This document shows positions 41,378 through 50,400 of a stretch of 64,000 nt of DNA, piece by piece (the stretch's first letter is position 1; each line of letters starts with the position of its first letter). The notes beneath the pieces were generated by a model that did no database searches, was not told where the DNA came from, and saw only the letters and a program-made list of their open reading frames with translations. The position numbers and the translations under genes were made by a program. Source of the DNA: Coleofasciculus chthonoplastes F2-STO-03 (GTDB lineage: Bacteria; Cyanobacteriota; Cyanobacteriia; Cyanobacteriales; Coleofasciculaceae); NCBI GenBank assembly GCA_040222015.1, contig JAVJWO010000195.1, positions 32,001-96,000 on the forward strand. Direction: 5' to 3'.

Positions 41378-41602
41378 ATGAGTGATATTCAAGAACAAAT
41401 TGATCGGGAGCGTCAGCAAGCTAGAACTGTTTGTGACGCTCAAGGCGCAGAGTCCCCAGACTGTGCGGTAGCTTGGGATTCTGTAGAAGAATTACAAGCT
41501 GAGGCAGCACATCAGAAGCAAAAAGGCACAAAGAAAACCTCCTTCGAGAAGTATTGCGAAGAAAATCCTGATGCAGATGAGTGCCGCGTCTACGACGAAT
41601 AA
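41378..41602 (+). CDS. cp12: Calvin cycle regulator CP12
   Basis: Two Cys pairs, CAVAWDSVEELQA, YCEENPDADECRVYD. Confidence 0.96.
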   Translation: MSDIQEQIDRERQQARTVCDAQGAESPDCAVAWDSVEELQAEAAHQKQKGTKKTSFEKYCEENPDADECRVYDE

Positions 41603-41661
41603 TGACTCTTCATCTGCTATCCGTGCATATTTTGTATGGATGAATTCAGTGAATCAGTTTG

Positions 41662-41701
41662 GTGGCTGGAACTCCTTCGGGTGATTCCGGCTGCTTTTTT
41701 T
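41662..41701 (+). terminator. Intrinsic terminator after cp12
   Basis: GTGGCTGGAA...TTCCGGCTGC stem followed by T7. Confidence 0.7.
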
Positions 41702-41864
41702 GTTCCTGAGAACCCCTTGTCCAGGACACTAGTACACCCGTCCAGTAATTGAAATCGATAATATTCCCGAAGCGGAAATGGCAAGATTACCGTACAATTT
41801 GGGAGGTGAACCGATCGCGGTGTCACTATATTGTTAAATCAAAGGAACTCGTCGGCTATTAGCT

Positions 41865-42458
41865 ATGCCCGATCAACTTCTGCAAGCATTAGTCTGGACA
41901 GACTATCGGTTAGCCGTTTTATTTACGGTGTTGATTCCCCTGATCCTAATTGTATGGGCTTTTGTCAAAAAAGCTGATGCCATGGTGCGCCTATTAATTA
42001 TCTACTGGCGCGTGTCCAGTTTACTGGCAATTACGGTTTATATCATGATCGCCTCGTGGCCCATTGGTTTTATATCGGGTTGGCTTGCCCGAGTTTTGAT
42101 TCCCATCTCCCTCTGGTTCTGGGTAGATGTGAATGAGGATATTGAGGATCAACCGACGAATCCGCTCAAACTTACGCTGACGGCTTGGCGCTGGGCAATA
42201 ACTATTTACTGTGGGATTGGTGTCTTGTGGAGTCTTCCGTCTCTGGGATGCGCGTTTACTCCAGAAGCTTTGGAAACATTTGCCTGTAGAGTTTGGCTAG
42301 AACCTCCCTTTCTCTTTAAACAATATTTCCATCCTGAGTCTTCTCCTCAATTTTTGGGTTTTATTGGAATTGTTGGATTATTGATTTATGTTCTGTACTT
42401 GATCTATTTTGTTTTAATTCGCTTAGGGAAACAGGGACGAATCGCGATGGAACAGTAG
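41865..42458 (+). CDS. DUF3177 family membrane protein
   Basis: LVWTDYRLAVLFTV..IYWRVSSLLAIT..SLWFWVD. Confidence 0.85.
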   Translation: MPDQLLQALVWTDYRLAVLFTVLIPLILIVWAFVKKADAMVRLLIIYWRVSSLLAITVYIMIASWPIGFISGWLARVLIPISLWFWVDVNEDIEDQPTNPLKLTLTAWRWAITIYCGIGVLWSLPSLGCAFTPEALETFACRVWLEPPFLFKQYFHPESSPQFLGFIGIVGLLIYVLYLIYFVLIRLGKQGRIAMEQ

Positions 42459-42465
42459 CCAGAAA

Positions 42466-42703
42466 CTGGGGAAGATGAAGGAGATGGGGAAGATGAGGGA
42501 GATGGGGAAGATGAGGGAGATGGGGAAGATGAGGGAGAGATTTTCCAATCAACAAATGACAAATGACAAATGACAAATGACAAATGACAAATGACAAATG
42601 ACAAATGACAAATGACAAATGACGAATGACAAATGACAAATGACGAATGACAAATGACAAATGACAAATGACAAATGACAAATGACGAATGACGAATGAC
42701 AAA
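42466..42703 (+). repeat. Purine 9-mer array (GGGGAAGAT/GAGGGAGAT) followed by about 21 TGACAAA/TGACGAA heptamers
   Basis: Directly visible tandem repeats. Confidence 0.92.
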
Positions 42704-42716
42704 TTACCAGTCAACC

Positions 42717-43022
42717 ATGAACCAAGGAACTTCTATTGGACAGCGTTTAGAACAATACACAATTAAGTATCCTCAAGAAGTCTTACTCGTTACCGCTCAA
42801 ATTGCTGGCGAAGAGGATCAGATTGCTATTTACAAGGGGTTTTCTAGTTCGTTGATGCGTCCAACGGCTTTCGATCCGGATGTGCCTGTCATACCACCCG
42901 AAGCAGAAATTGTTAAAATTGATCGCGTCGCTAGTCCATATAATCCGGATGCACCTCGTTACATTCAGCAGGGGTTAACTTGGGAAGCGATTCAGCCCTT
43001 GTTGGTAGATGCTGGTGTTTAA
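42717..43022 (+). CDS. Conserved hypothetical protein
   Basis: RLEQYT..PQEVL..YKGFSSSLMRPTAFDPDVPV..PYNP; alternative in-frame ATG at 42696 inside the repeat. Confidence 0.8.
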   Translation: MNQGTSIGQRLEQYTIKYPQEVLLVTAQIAGEEDQIAIYKGFSSSLMRPTAFDPDVPVIPPEAEIVKIDRVASPYNPDAPRYIQQGLTWEAIQPLLVDAGV

Positions 43023-43226
43023 AATTAAGCCTTACCAACTGGCTTGGGTTTTAACTCAAGGATCAACGCGAAAGTCAGCTCAAACATACGGTTTATTGAA
43101 TCAGAACAACGAGTCTTTTGTCAACTCAGTTCTAGGGTAATCAATACAAAATGCTATTAGTTAACACGACGCTTCGCGTACAGTGAGAAGTAGTTCACAT
43201 GCTGATCAAACGGAGTTGACCGAGTT

Positions 43227-44594
43227 ATGAGTTACGATTTTAATCTGTTTGTTATTGGTGGCGGTTCAGGCGGAATTGCCACAGCACGACGAGCAGCACA
43301 ATATGGGGCAAAGGTAGGAGTAGCCGAATTCAGCCGCTTGGGAGGAACCTGTGTGAATCGCGGCTGTATTCCCAAAAAACTGATGGTTTATGCCTCTCAT
43401 TTTCCGGAGGTGTTTGAAGAGGCGCAAGGGTATGGCTGGAGTCCTGTACAAAGCACTCTCGACTGGCATAAAATGATCGAGGCGGTGCAAAAGGAACTCG
43501 AACGCCTCAATGGAGTTTACCTGCGGATGTTGGATAATTCCGAAGTGCAACTGTTTCGGGGTTATGCCAAATTTGTTGACCCTCATACGTTAGAGATTTT
43601 TGAGTCTCCCAATAGCAGTACGGCGTCACAGAGAGTGAGTGCGGACAAAATTTTGATTGCCGTGGGCGGACATCCGGTTACGCCCAATATTCCGGGTATA
43701 GAACATGCGATTATCTCCGATGATATGTTCCTCCTCAAGGAGCAACCGAAGCGAGTCGTGATTCTCGGTGGTGGCTACATTGGTGTGGAATTTGCCTGTA
43801 TTATGCATGGCTTGGGTTCTGAGGTAACTCAGATTATCCGCAAAGAAAAGATTTTGCGGGGGTTTGATGACGATATTCGCACTCAAATCCAGGAGGGAAT
43901 GCAGCAACACGGTGTCCGGATTTTGGAGGGTAGCGTACCGACAGCGATTGAAAAAACAGAAGATGGATTAAAGGTTACAGTCTGTGGCAAGTATGAGGAA
44001 ACGGTAATTGGAGATATCTTTCTCGCTGCTACGGGGCGCAAGCCGAATCTCCAGAATCTAGGGCTGGATAAGGCTGGAGTCGATCTCTGTCAAGATGCGA
44101 TCGCGGTGGATGAGTATAGCCGTACTTCTCAACCTCATATCTATGCGGTTGGGGATTGCACAGATCGGATTAATTTGACGCCAGTTGCGATTAACGAAGG
44201 GCGTGCCTTTGCCGATACAGAATTTGGCGGCAAATCTCGGGTGATGAGTTATGAAAATGTCCCCTCGGCAGTATTTAGTACCCCAGAAGCGGCAACGGTG
44301 GGGTTAACCGAAGCTCAAGCCAGGGAAAAGCATGGCGATGCGGTGAAAGTCTATCGCGCCCGTTTCCGCCCCTTGTACCACACTCTCACGGGTCGAGAGG
44401 AACGGGTTATCGTCAAGTTAGTGGTTGACGAAACCACGGATAAAGTGTTAGGAGCGCACATGGTTGGAGCATCAGCGGCTGAGATTATTCAGGGCGTTGC
44501 GATCGCTGTGAAAATGGGAGCGAAAAAAGCCGATTTTGATGCTACCGTTGGTATTCATCCCTCGACCTCTGAGGAGTTTGTTACCTTGCGGTGA
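43227..44594 (+). CDS. gor: Glutathione-disulfide reductase
   Basis: GGGSGG, GGTCVNRGCIPKK, GGGYIGVE, GIHPSTSEE. Confidence 0.96.
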   Translation: MSYDFNLFVIGGGSGGIATARRAAQYGAKVGVAEFSRLGGTCVNRGCIPKKLMVYASHFPEVFEEAQGYGWSPVQSTLDWHKMIEAVQKELERLNGVYLRMLDNSEVQLFRGYAKFVDPHTLEIFESPNSSTASQRVSADKILIAVGGHPVTPNIPGIEHAIISDDMFLLKEQPKRVVILGGGYIGVEFACIMHGLGSEVTQIIRKEKILRGFDDDIRTQIQEGMQQHGVRILEGSVPTAIEKTEDGLKVTVCGKYEETVIGDIFLAATGRKPNLQNLGLDKAGVDLCQDAIAVDEYSRTSQPHIYAVGDCTDRINLTPVAINEGRAFADTEFGGKSRVMSYENVPSAVFSTPEAATVGLTEAQAREKHGDAVKVYRARFRPLYHTLTGREERVIVKLVVDETTDKVLGAHMVGASAAEIIQGVAIAVKMGAKKADFDATVGIHPSTSEEFVTLR

Positions 44595-44791
44595 ACTCCC
44601 TGCACTCCCAATACTGTTCGATTAAGGAGAGCAGGGGAAGCAGGGGAAGCAGGGGGAGCAGGGGGAGCAGGGGGAGAATAAATGCAATTAAAGCTTGTCC
44701 GAGCAGTATTGCCTGCACTCCTCTATGAGTGAGTGCAGGCTTCCTACCCAACAGAATGCTTAATCGTGGATTTCTTGCGTCCTCCGCGATT
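44591..44791 (-). mobile_element. IS200/IS605 right-end remnant interrupted by a 103-bp MITE (44609-44711) with 10-bp TSD
   Basis: Minus strand GAAGCCTGCACTC..GAGTGCAGGGAGTTCAC; MITE CAATACTGTTCG..CGAGCAGTATTG flanked by CCTGCACTCC on both sides. Confidence 0.75.
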
Positions 44792-44898
44792 AATTCTTAA
44801 GTCGTCTTTAGACGACTTTTGCTTTTAGCCTTGGGTTTGAACCCAAGGCGATTGGTGAGACTTGGACTGTTAGAAAGCTGAGAGTAATAAATCAAATT

Positions 44899-45453
44899 AT
44901 GAACCACAAGCGTCTAATTACTACCATTTTCCTGATGCTACTCTCACCTGTGGCTACAGTTAACGTCAACGCTGTAGCCACAGCAGCAACCCATCTCCAG
45001 AAAGATGCAGATACAGTACGCCAATTGCTAGAAACCAATAGCTGTATGGGGTGTGATTTACGAGAGGTAAATCTAGAAGACGCTCAACTCAAAGGAGCCA
45101 ACCTGCGAGGTGCTAATCTCCGGTTGGCTCAATTAAGCGGTATTGAACTCAGCCGTGCTGACCTTGTTAATGCTATTCTCAGAAATGCCGACTTGATTAA
45201 TGCTTCTCTGGTGGATACCAACCTCAGTAATGCGGACTTGAGAGATACAAACCTGATCGCTAGTTTTCTCACCCGCGCCAATTTGAGTAGCGCTCGATTA
45301 GAGAATGCCAATCTCACCAATGCTTATCTCAAAGGCGCGAACTTACAGGGCGCAAATTTACAGGGGGCTAACCTAGAAGGGGCTGACTGGCGAGATGCTA
45401 TTTTATGCCAGACGACGCTAGCAGATGGTACGATATCAAATCGAGATTGTTGA
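44899..45453 (+). CDS. Secreted/lumenal pentapeptide repeat protein
   Basis: Signal peptide, CMGCDL cap, ANLxG repeats, LCQTTLADG. Confidence 0.92.
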   Translation: MNHKRLITTIFLMLLSPVATVNVNAVATAATHLQKDADTVRQLLETNSCMGCDLREVNLEDAQLKGANLRGANLRLAQLSGIELSRADLVNAILRNADLINASLVDTNLSNADLRDTNLIASFLTRANLSSARLENANLTNAYLKGANLQGANLQGANLEGADWRDAILCQTTLADGTISNRDC

Positions 45454-45454
45454 T

Positions 45455-45623
45455 TGGTCATTTGTCATTTGTCATTTGTCATTTGTCAAGTCGGGGCGGG
45501 TTTAGTTACATCTAGGTGTAACCGAAAAGATAGTAGTGAAACCCGCCCCTACACAATCTCCCCCATCTGACACACCGAGCGAAGTCGAGGTGTTCCCCAT
45601 CTTCCCCATCTTCCCCTTCCCCA
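45455..45623 (-). repeat. Composite repeat in inverted orientation; hairpin 45490-45552 is the exact reverse complement of 21516-21578
   Basis: Direct comparison of the two 63-bp sequences. Confidence 0.88.
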
Positions 45624-45627
45624 TTGC

Positions 45628-46506
45628 CTAAAACAATTCTGGACGTGCCTCAACCGATGGAGTATTATCCGTCACCACGCAATTTGGAGCGGCTACTGTG
45701 CCATCAGGAAGCATTGTTCGGCATAACTGCGCTCCCTGCAAATTGACACCTGTTGCTCCCCGCAAATCAGTTTCAATGAGTTTTGCTCCTGTCAAGTTCG
45801 CGCCGCTTAAATCAGCTTCACTGAGATTTGCCCCATTGAAATTGACATTGGTTAAGTCTGCTAATGTCAAATTGGCTCGGAAAAGATTCGTATTGCTTAA
45901 ATCAGCACCTGTCATTCTCGCCGAGCTAAAATTTCCCAAACTCAGAGTTGATCCACTCAAATTTGCCCCGTATAAAATGACATAAGAGGCAAACGTACCA
46001 TCTAAACTAGCACCAACGATTTGAGCGCCACTCAAATTGGTATCGTACAACCGAGCGCCGCGAAAATTAGCATTAGCTAAAATGGCACGAGTCAAGTTAG
46101 CATAATCTAACTTGGCATTGCTCAGATTTGCTCCTGTAAGATTGGCGGGAACTTCTGTGACAATTGCCCGATCCACCGATGTTTTAGGACTAAAGTTGGC
46201 AGCGCTGAGATCAACACCTCCTAAATTGGCTCCTCTGAGGTCAGCCGATCGCAAATCACAACCGACTAAACTTGGTCGATTTTGCCTCGGCAAAACATAC
46301 GCTTGTTCAAGACGCCTGTCGTATTCAGTTCTTTCACTCAAATTGGCACCGGGAGCTTGTCTGGCTCGCTGACATTGTTGTTGAAAGTCTTGCTCAAAGT
46401 CCTCTCGAAACTGGGCGTTAGCTGGTAGTGTCGAAACACCAAAACCCAGGGCTAGGTAAAATCCTAGGATTTTGATTATTGGCCGAAACAGGGGATGTTT
46501 ATTCAC
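45628..46506 (-). CDS. Secreted pentapeptide repeat protein
   Basis: Signal peptide, ANLxG repeats, LCRTMLPDG. Confidence 0.9.
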   Translation of the reverse strand: MNKHPLFRPIIKILGFYLALGFGVSTLPANAQFREDFEQDFQQQCQRARQAPGANLSERTEYDRRLEQAYVLPRQNRPSLVGCDLRSADLRGANLGGVDLSAANFSPKTSVDRAIVTEVPANLTGANLSNAKLDYANLTRAILANANFRGARLYDTNLSGAQIVGASLDGTFASYVILYGANLSGSTLSLGNFSSARMTGADLSNTNLFRANLTLADLTNVNFNGANLSEADLSGANLTGAKLIETDLRGATGVNLQGAQLCRTMLPDGTVAAPNCVVTDNTPSVEARPELF

Positions 46507-46538
46507 GACTCTTCAGTCACTACTAACGTTTAATTATA

Positions 46539-47851
46539 GTAAACTACCCCACGCATAGAATGCGGGGGCTTTCGGTAGCCCTAGAATTGATCGGACAAGC
46601 CAACAATTCTGAGCCTCTGGGCTGGTTTACACTCAACCCCACTAAAGCAATCATTTTTGAGCCATTATCATCTGCATCGCCAGTCCATCCACATCGGCTA
46701 TTGCTGCATTGAAAAGACTTATTGCTTCTTAGTCCTATATGTAGACAGCAATGACACGTTTGACTGGTATAAGCTGGATTAACTGCTAATACCTCAACTC
46801 CTTCTTTGATTCCCTTGTATTCAAGGAAAGTCCTTAGTTGGTAGAAAGCCCAAGAATTAGAGCGTCTGCGCTCAGTTTTATTTCTTGGTTTTTGGTTGGT
46901 TCGTTCTCGAATTCCCGTTAAATCTTCAAGGCTTACGAAGGATTGAGTTGTTTTGGCTTCAGTTATGATAGATGAGCTTATATTGTGGTTTAGCCATGCC
47001 TGATACCTTCTCTCTCGACCCGATAACCGTTTCAAAATCTTTCTAGCTCTACGTCGAGTTGATCTTGTGCCTTGGGACGCTTTTCTTTGAAGAGAAGCTC
47101 GGACTCTGGCGAATTTATCTCTTTTGTCTTGAATCTCTTTTCCTGACCATGATTGCCCTGTGTTAGTTACAGCTATATCTCGTCTACCAAAATCCACACC
47201 GATTACGTTATCAGTCTTAATTGGTTTTGGCGGTTCAGATTTCAATTGGATATGAACATACCAGTTACCATCACGATGTAAACATACTTGAGCCGATGTC
47301 GGCTTTTGTCCTTTCAGTTTACCTCGATGATAATTACTAGCTCTAATTGGCGCAGTTAATCTTTTGCCCGTGGTGCTAATGCTAACCGTCCAATCTTCCT
47401 CAATAAAGCGAAACGTTCTAGCATCACAATCAAAACTGGTTGGTTTAATAGATTTAACCTTTTTCCCTTTTTGCTTTGCTGTTAGACGATTAGCTGCTAC
47501 TCTGGCACAAGCTCTAACCACATGATTAGCTGTTAATCTAAACTGGTATTTTACGTCTTTGTAGCAGCAGGCTTGGATTGAGTTTCTATTGGTAAAATAT
47601 GGATTGACATTTTGATTAATCCAATTACAAGCTGACGCAAAAACCCTAGCTGTATCAAGTAACAATTGCTGCTGTTTGATATCAACTTTCACTTGCACAA
47701 CTAGCGTCAGAACTTGTTTCATGCACAATTCAAACTTCACTCTCTAGATTATAGTATAAAAGCGGATGTCCTCAGCAAGCGTTTTATTTGTTGGCGCGAC
47801 GTTCCTCCCTACATCTGAAGCTGAGGGCTTCCCGTCGCGCATTTTCGGTGA
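46539..47851 (-). mobile_element. tnpB-only IS200/IS605-family element (IS1341-type)
   Basis: Right end CCCCGCAT-TCT-ATGCGTGGG-GTAGTTTAC; left-end hairpin GCGACGGGAAGCCCTCAGC...; left boundary inferred. Confidence 0.75.
46544..47740 (-). CDS. tnpB: RNA-guided endonuclease TnpB
   Basis: RuvC triad GVDFG / LEDL / DADDNG; Zn finger CHCC..CSNSRC; probable start MKQVLT at 47722. Confidence 0.92.
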   Translation of the reverse strand: MKFELCMKQVLTLVVQVKVDIKQQQLLLDTARVFASACNWINQNVNPYFTNRNSIQACCYKDVKYQFRLTANHVVRACARVAANRLTAKQKGKKVKSIKPTSFDCDARTFRFIEEDWTVSISTTGKRLTAPIRASNYHRGKLKGQKPTSAQVCLHRDGNWYVHIQLKSEPPKPIKTDNVIGVDFGRRDIAVTNTGQSWSGKEIQDKRDKFARVRASLQRKASQGTRSTRRRARKILKRLSGRERRYQAWLNHNISSSIITEAKTTQSFVSLEDLTGIRERTNQKPRNKTERRRSNSWAFYQLRTFLEYKGIKEGVEVLAVNPAYTSQTCHCCLHIGLRSNKSFQCSNSRCGWTGDADDNGSKMIALVGLSVNQPRGSELLACPINSRATESPRILCVG

Positions 47852-48044
47852 ATCATAATGCGACTCAGACCGCATCTCATTTGAGATTTTAGATCTTAGC
47901 AGCTTAACTGAGCCTCTTTTGTCAATAGTGTGATAACAAAAATTTATTGACTGAGTTTTACTATCAAATGATAGATGATATTGAGTCTTTGTTCTTTTAG
48001 AGTAGAAGTGACAACCACCACAATGTATAAAAATTAACTGAAAT

Positions 48045-48806
48045 ATGACAGCACAGCGGAAAAATAGTTCATTTACAGACCATATCAGTAACGCGATCGC
48101 AACAACCACTCAAGTCGCCACGTTTGCCACTCAGTTGGCGACTAAAGCCACGCAATCGGCGGCTGATACCATTACCAGCACAAGCAAGGCTGTAGGAGAA
48201 GTTGTTCGCCCTGCGGCTGTGCGATTCCTAGAACCAGGAACGGAAACGGTGGGCAAAATCGTGGCACCGATCGCAGAACACCCGTTGACTAAATATGCTG
48301 CTAAAGTACCAGGGATTAACTTACTTGTTGCTGCACTGGGTCAAGTGGATTTGGAGCAAGCTCAAAAAGACGTAGACAAGCTGCGACAGGAGTACCCGTT
48401 TGACACCTCGGAACAGCTTGCTCATCGGATTATGGTGGATACAGCAATCCAAGGAGGTAGGCTGGGATTAATCACCAACTTTATCCCCCCTTTAGCGCTA
48501 GCTTTATTTGGGATTGAGCTAGCGGCGGTTACAGCACTCCAAGCACAGATGGTTTATCGCATTGCGGCGGCTTATGGATTTTCGCTAAAAGAGCCAACGC
48601 GACGCGGTGAAGTTCTAGCAATTTTTGGCTTATCTGTAGGGGGTTCCGGAGTTCTTAAAGGGGGTTTAAGTTTTGTCGAAATTTTGCCAGTCATTGGCGC
48701 AGCCGTGGGAGCTTCTAGTAATGCAGCTCTCATTTATTCCCTCGGATTCGTTGCCAGTCAGTTTTATGAAGAAAAAAGAAACACCTTGACTCGATATCAT
48801 GAATAG
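48045..48806 (+). CDS. EcsC/DUF697-like membrane protein
   Basis: LQAQMVYRIAAAYGF..RRGEVLAIF, PVIGAAVGASSNA. Confidence 0.75.
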   Translation: MTAQRKNSSFTDHISNAIATTTQVATFATQLATKATQSAADTITSTSKAVGEVVRPAAVRFLEPGTETVGKIVAPIAEHPLTKYAAKVPGINLLVAALGQVDLEQAQKDVDKLRQEYPFDTSEQLAHRIMVDTAIQGGRLGLITNFIPPLALALFGIELAAVTALQAQMVYRIAAAYGFSLKEPTRRGEVLAIFGLSVGGSGVLKGGLSFVEILPVIGAAVGASSNAALIYSLGFVASQFYEEKRNTLTRYHE

Positions 48807-48849
48807 CTACATTCCCCCAGCGCCGCCCCTACAATTGACTCATTACTTT

Positions 48850-49034
48850 TTTTATCGCTAACTGGGATTACTAGACCGATGCTTTAGTGATCGCTATCAC
48901 TAAAAAGTCCGTTGTTACTACACAGTAGCGGAAATTTAGATCACAACAATTTCCCCTAGAAATTTCTACCCTAGAAGTGAAGCCCACATTTCGATTGACG
49001 TACGTGCTGTCAATCAGAATGTGGGCGGCTGTCA
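48850..49034 (+). mobile_element. Orphan IS200/IS605 right-end / PATE-like remnant
   Basis: GAAGCCCACATT-TCGATTGAC..GTCAATCAG-AATGTGGG-CGGCTGTCA terminal hairpin; 5' boundary uncertain. Confidence 0.5.
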
Positions 49035-49279
49035 GGGTTTCAGGGGTGCATCTGCCCTTTCATATTCATTTAGGGTCTTTTTTCAGGCAGGGTGCATCTG
49101 CTTTCTCTAGTTTCGATCAATCATCAGCAAAATGGGTAGAGTTACGATGAAATCTAACCCCCTGAATATAAAAATTTAGTAAAGTTTTATATTTTCCGAC
49201 ATGCTCTCCAAAGCCAGTCCGTCTACGGGGACTCTAGTATATTAAACTATCAGACAATCTCAGTGAGGCAATTGGTGTT

Positions 49280-50281
49280 TTGAGAACCCTTTACTTTTTA
49301 GTCCCTGGAACTTATGGCAAGTTTGCTTGCGGCGGTCTTTGGGCGGAGTTGAAAACCCTGAGTCTGGCAAAGCAGGTTTGCCCTGCGGAGGTGGTCACCT
49401 ATCGTCAACGGGAAAAGAATACGCTGTTCCTAGATGATTTGCTCAAAAAACAGGATTTAAATAATGTTATTTTTGTGGTCAGTTGGGGATTTGATAGCCC
49501 CAAACTTGTAGCAAAGTTAAAGTTATATCCGGTTATTTACCATGCCCATAGTGCTGGGTATCGATTTCAACTTCCGGCGCGTATCCCTATTATTACCGTT
49601 AGTCGCAATACTATGGGATATTGGGGACAGAGATCGCCTAATTCTTTAATTTACTATTTACCCAATCATATTTCGGAAGAATTTCAGAACTTCAATCGAG
49701 AACGGGATATTGATGTGTTAGTTCAGGCGCGGAAATCGTCTGAGTATTTACTCCAGGATTTGATACCAGAGTTACAGAAGCATTGTCGCGTTAAAGTTGT
49801 TGATTCCTACGTCGAGGATTTAGTGGGACTCTTCAATCGGGCTAAAGTTTATTTGTATGATTCGGCTGAGTATTGGGCGCAACAGGGGGTAAGTGAAGGC
49901 TTTGGGCTGCAACCAATGGAAGCCCTTGCTTGTGGCTGTCAGGTTTTTTCGAGTGTGAATGGGGGATTATCGGATTATTTAGATCCGGGGTTTAATTGCT
50001 ATAAAATTGCGGTATATTCTCAAGAGTATGATATTAAACGCATTCTCAGAGTTATAGAAAATCCGTCACTCAAGCCTTTAGATGAACATTTTTTGGCGGA
50101 ATATCGGTATAACAATATTATCCATCGCCTGAAAATAATTTTAGCGGATGTCAATGATTTTTTTGATTTAAGCCAAAATAAACCGGGGAGTATTCCCCGT
50201 TTAACAAAGATACGGTTAGCTAAATTAATGACCCAGAGTTTTTTTGATAAGCTGCGACAAAAATATATCCTTAAAAAATAA
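49280..50281 (+). CDS. Glycosyltransferase (GT-B, family 4-like)
   Basis: SEGFGLQPMEALACG (E-x7-E motif); TTG start. Confidence 0.85.
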   Translation: MRTLYFLVPGTYGKFACGGLWAELKTLSLAKQVCPAEVVTYRQREKNTLFLDDLLKKQDLNNVIFVVSWGFDSPKLVAKLKLYPVIYHAHSAGYRFQLPARIPIITVSRNTMGYWGQRSPNSLIYYLPNHISEEFQNFNRERDIDVLVQARKSSEYLLQDLIPELQKHCRVKVVDSYVEDLVGLFNRAKVYLYDSAEYWAQQGVSEGFGLQPMEALACGCQVFSSVNGGLSDYLDPGFNCYKIAVYSQEYDIKRILRVIENPSLKPLDEHFLAEYRYNNIIHRLKIILADVNDFFDLSQNKPGSIPRLTKIRLAKLMTQSFFDKLRQKYILKK

Positions 50282-50400
50282 ATTTTTCTCAACAGATGGC
50301 AGCCAATAAGTAGCTTGGTGAAAATAAACCGAACGAGGTTAGGTTCTGTAAATGTTCCTCAAACCTTGACAAATGACAAATGACAAATGACAAATGACTA

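Noticed and set aside
42361..42714. Repeat-derived ORFs (HLSFVIC, PCSLFPV, PLLP; also 21254, 21399, 39495, 55830, 18369)
   Set aside because: These are translations of heptamer and 9-mer arrays, not credible proteins
47744..48109. 121-aa ORF upstream of tnpB as a TnpA
   Set aside because: No HUH or Y1 motif; it runs across the IS left-end hairpin and into the EcsC-like gene
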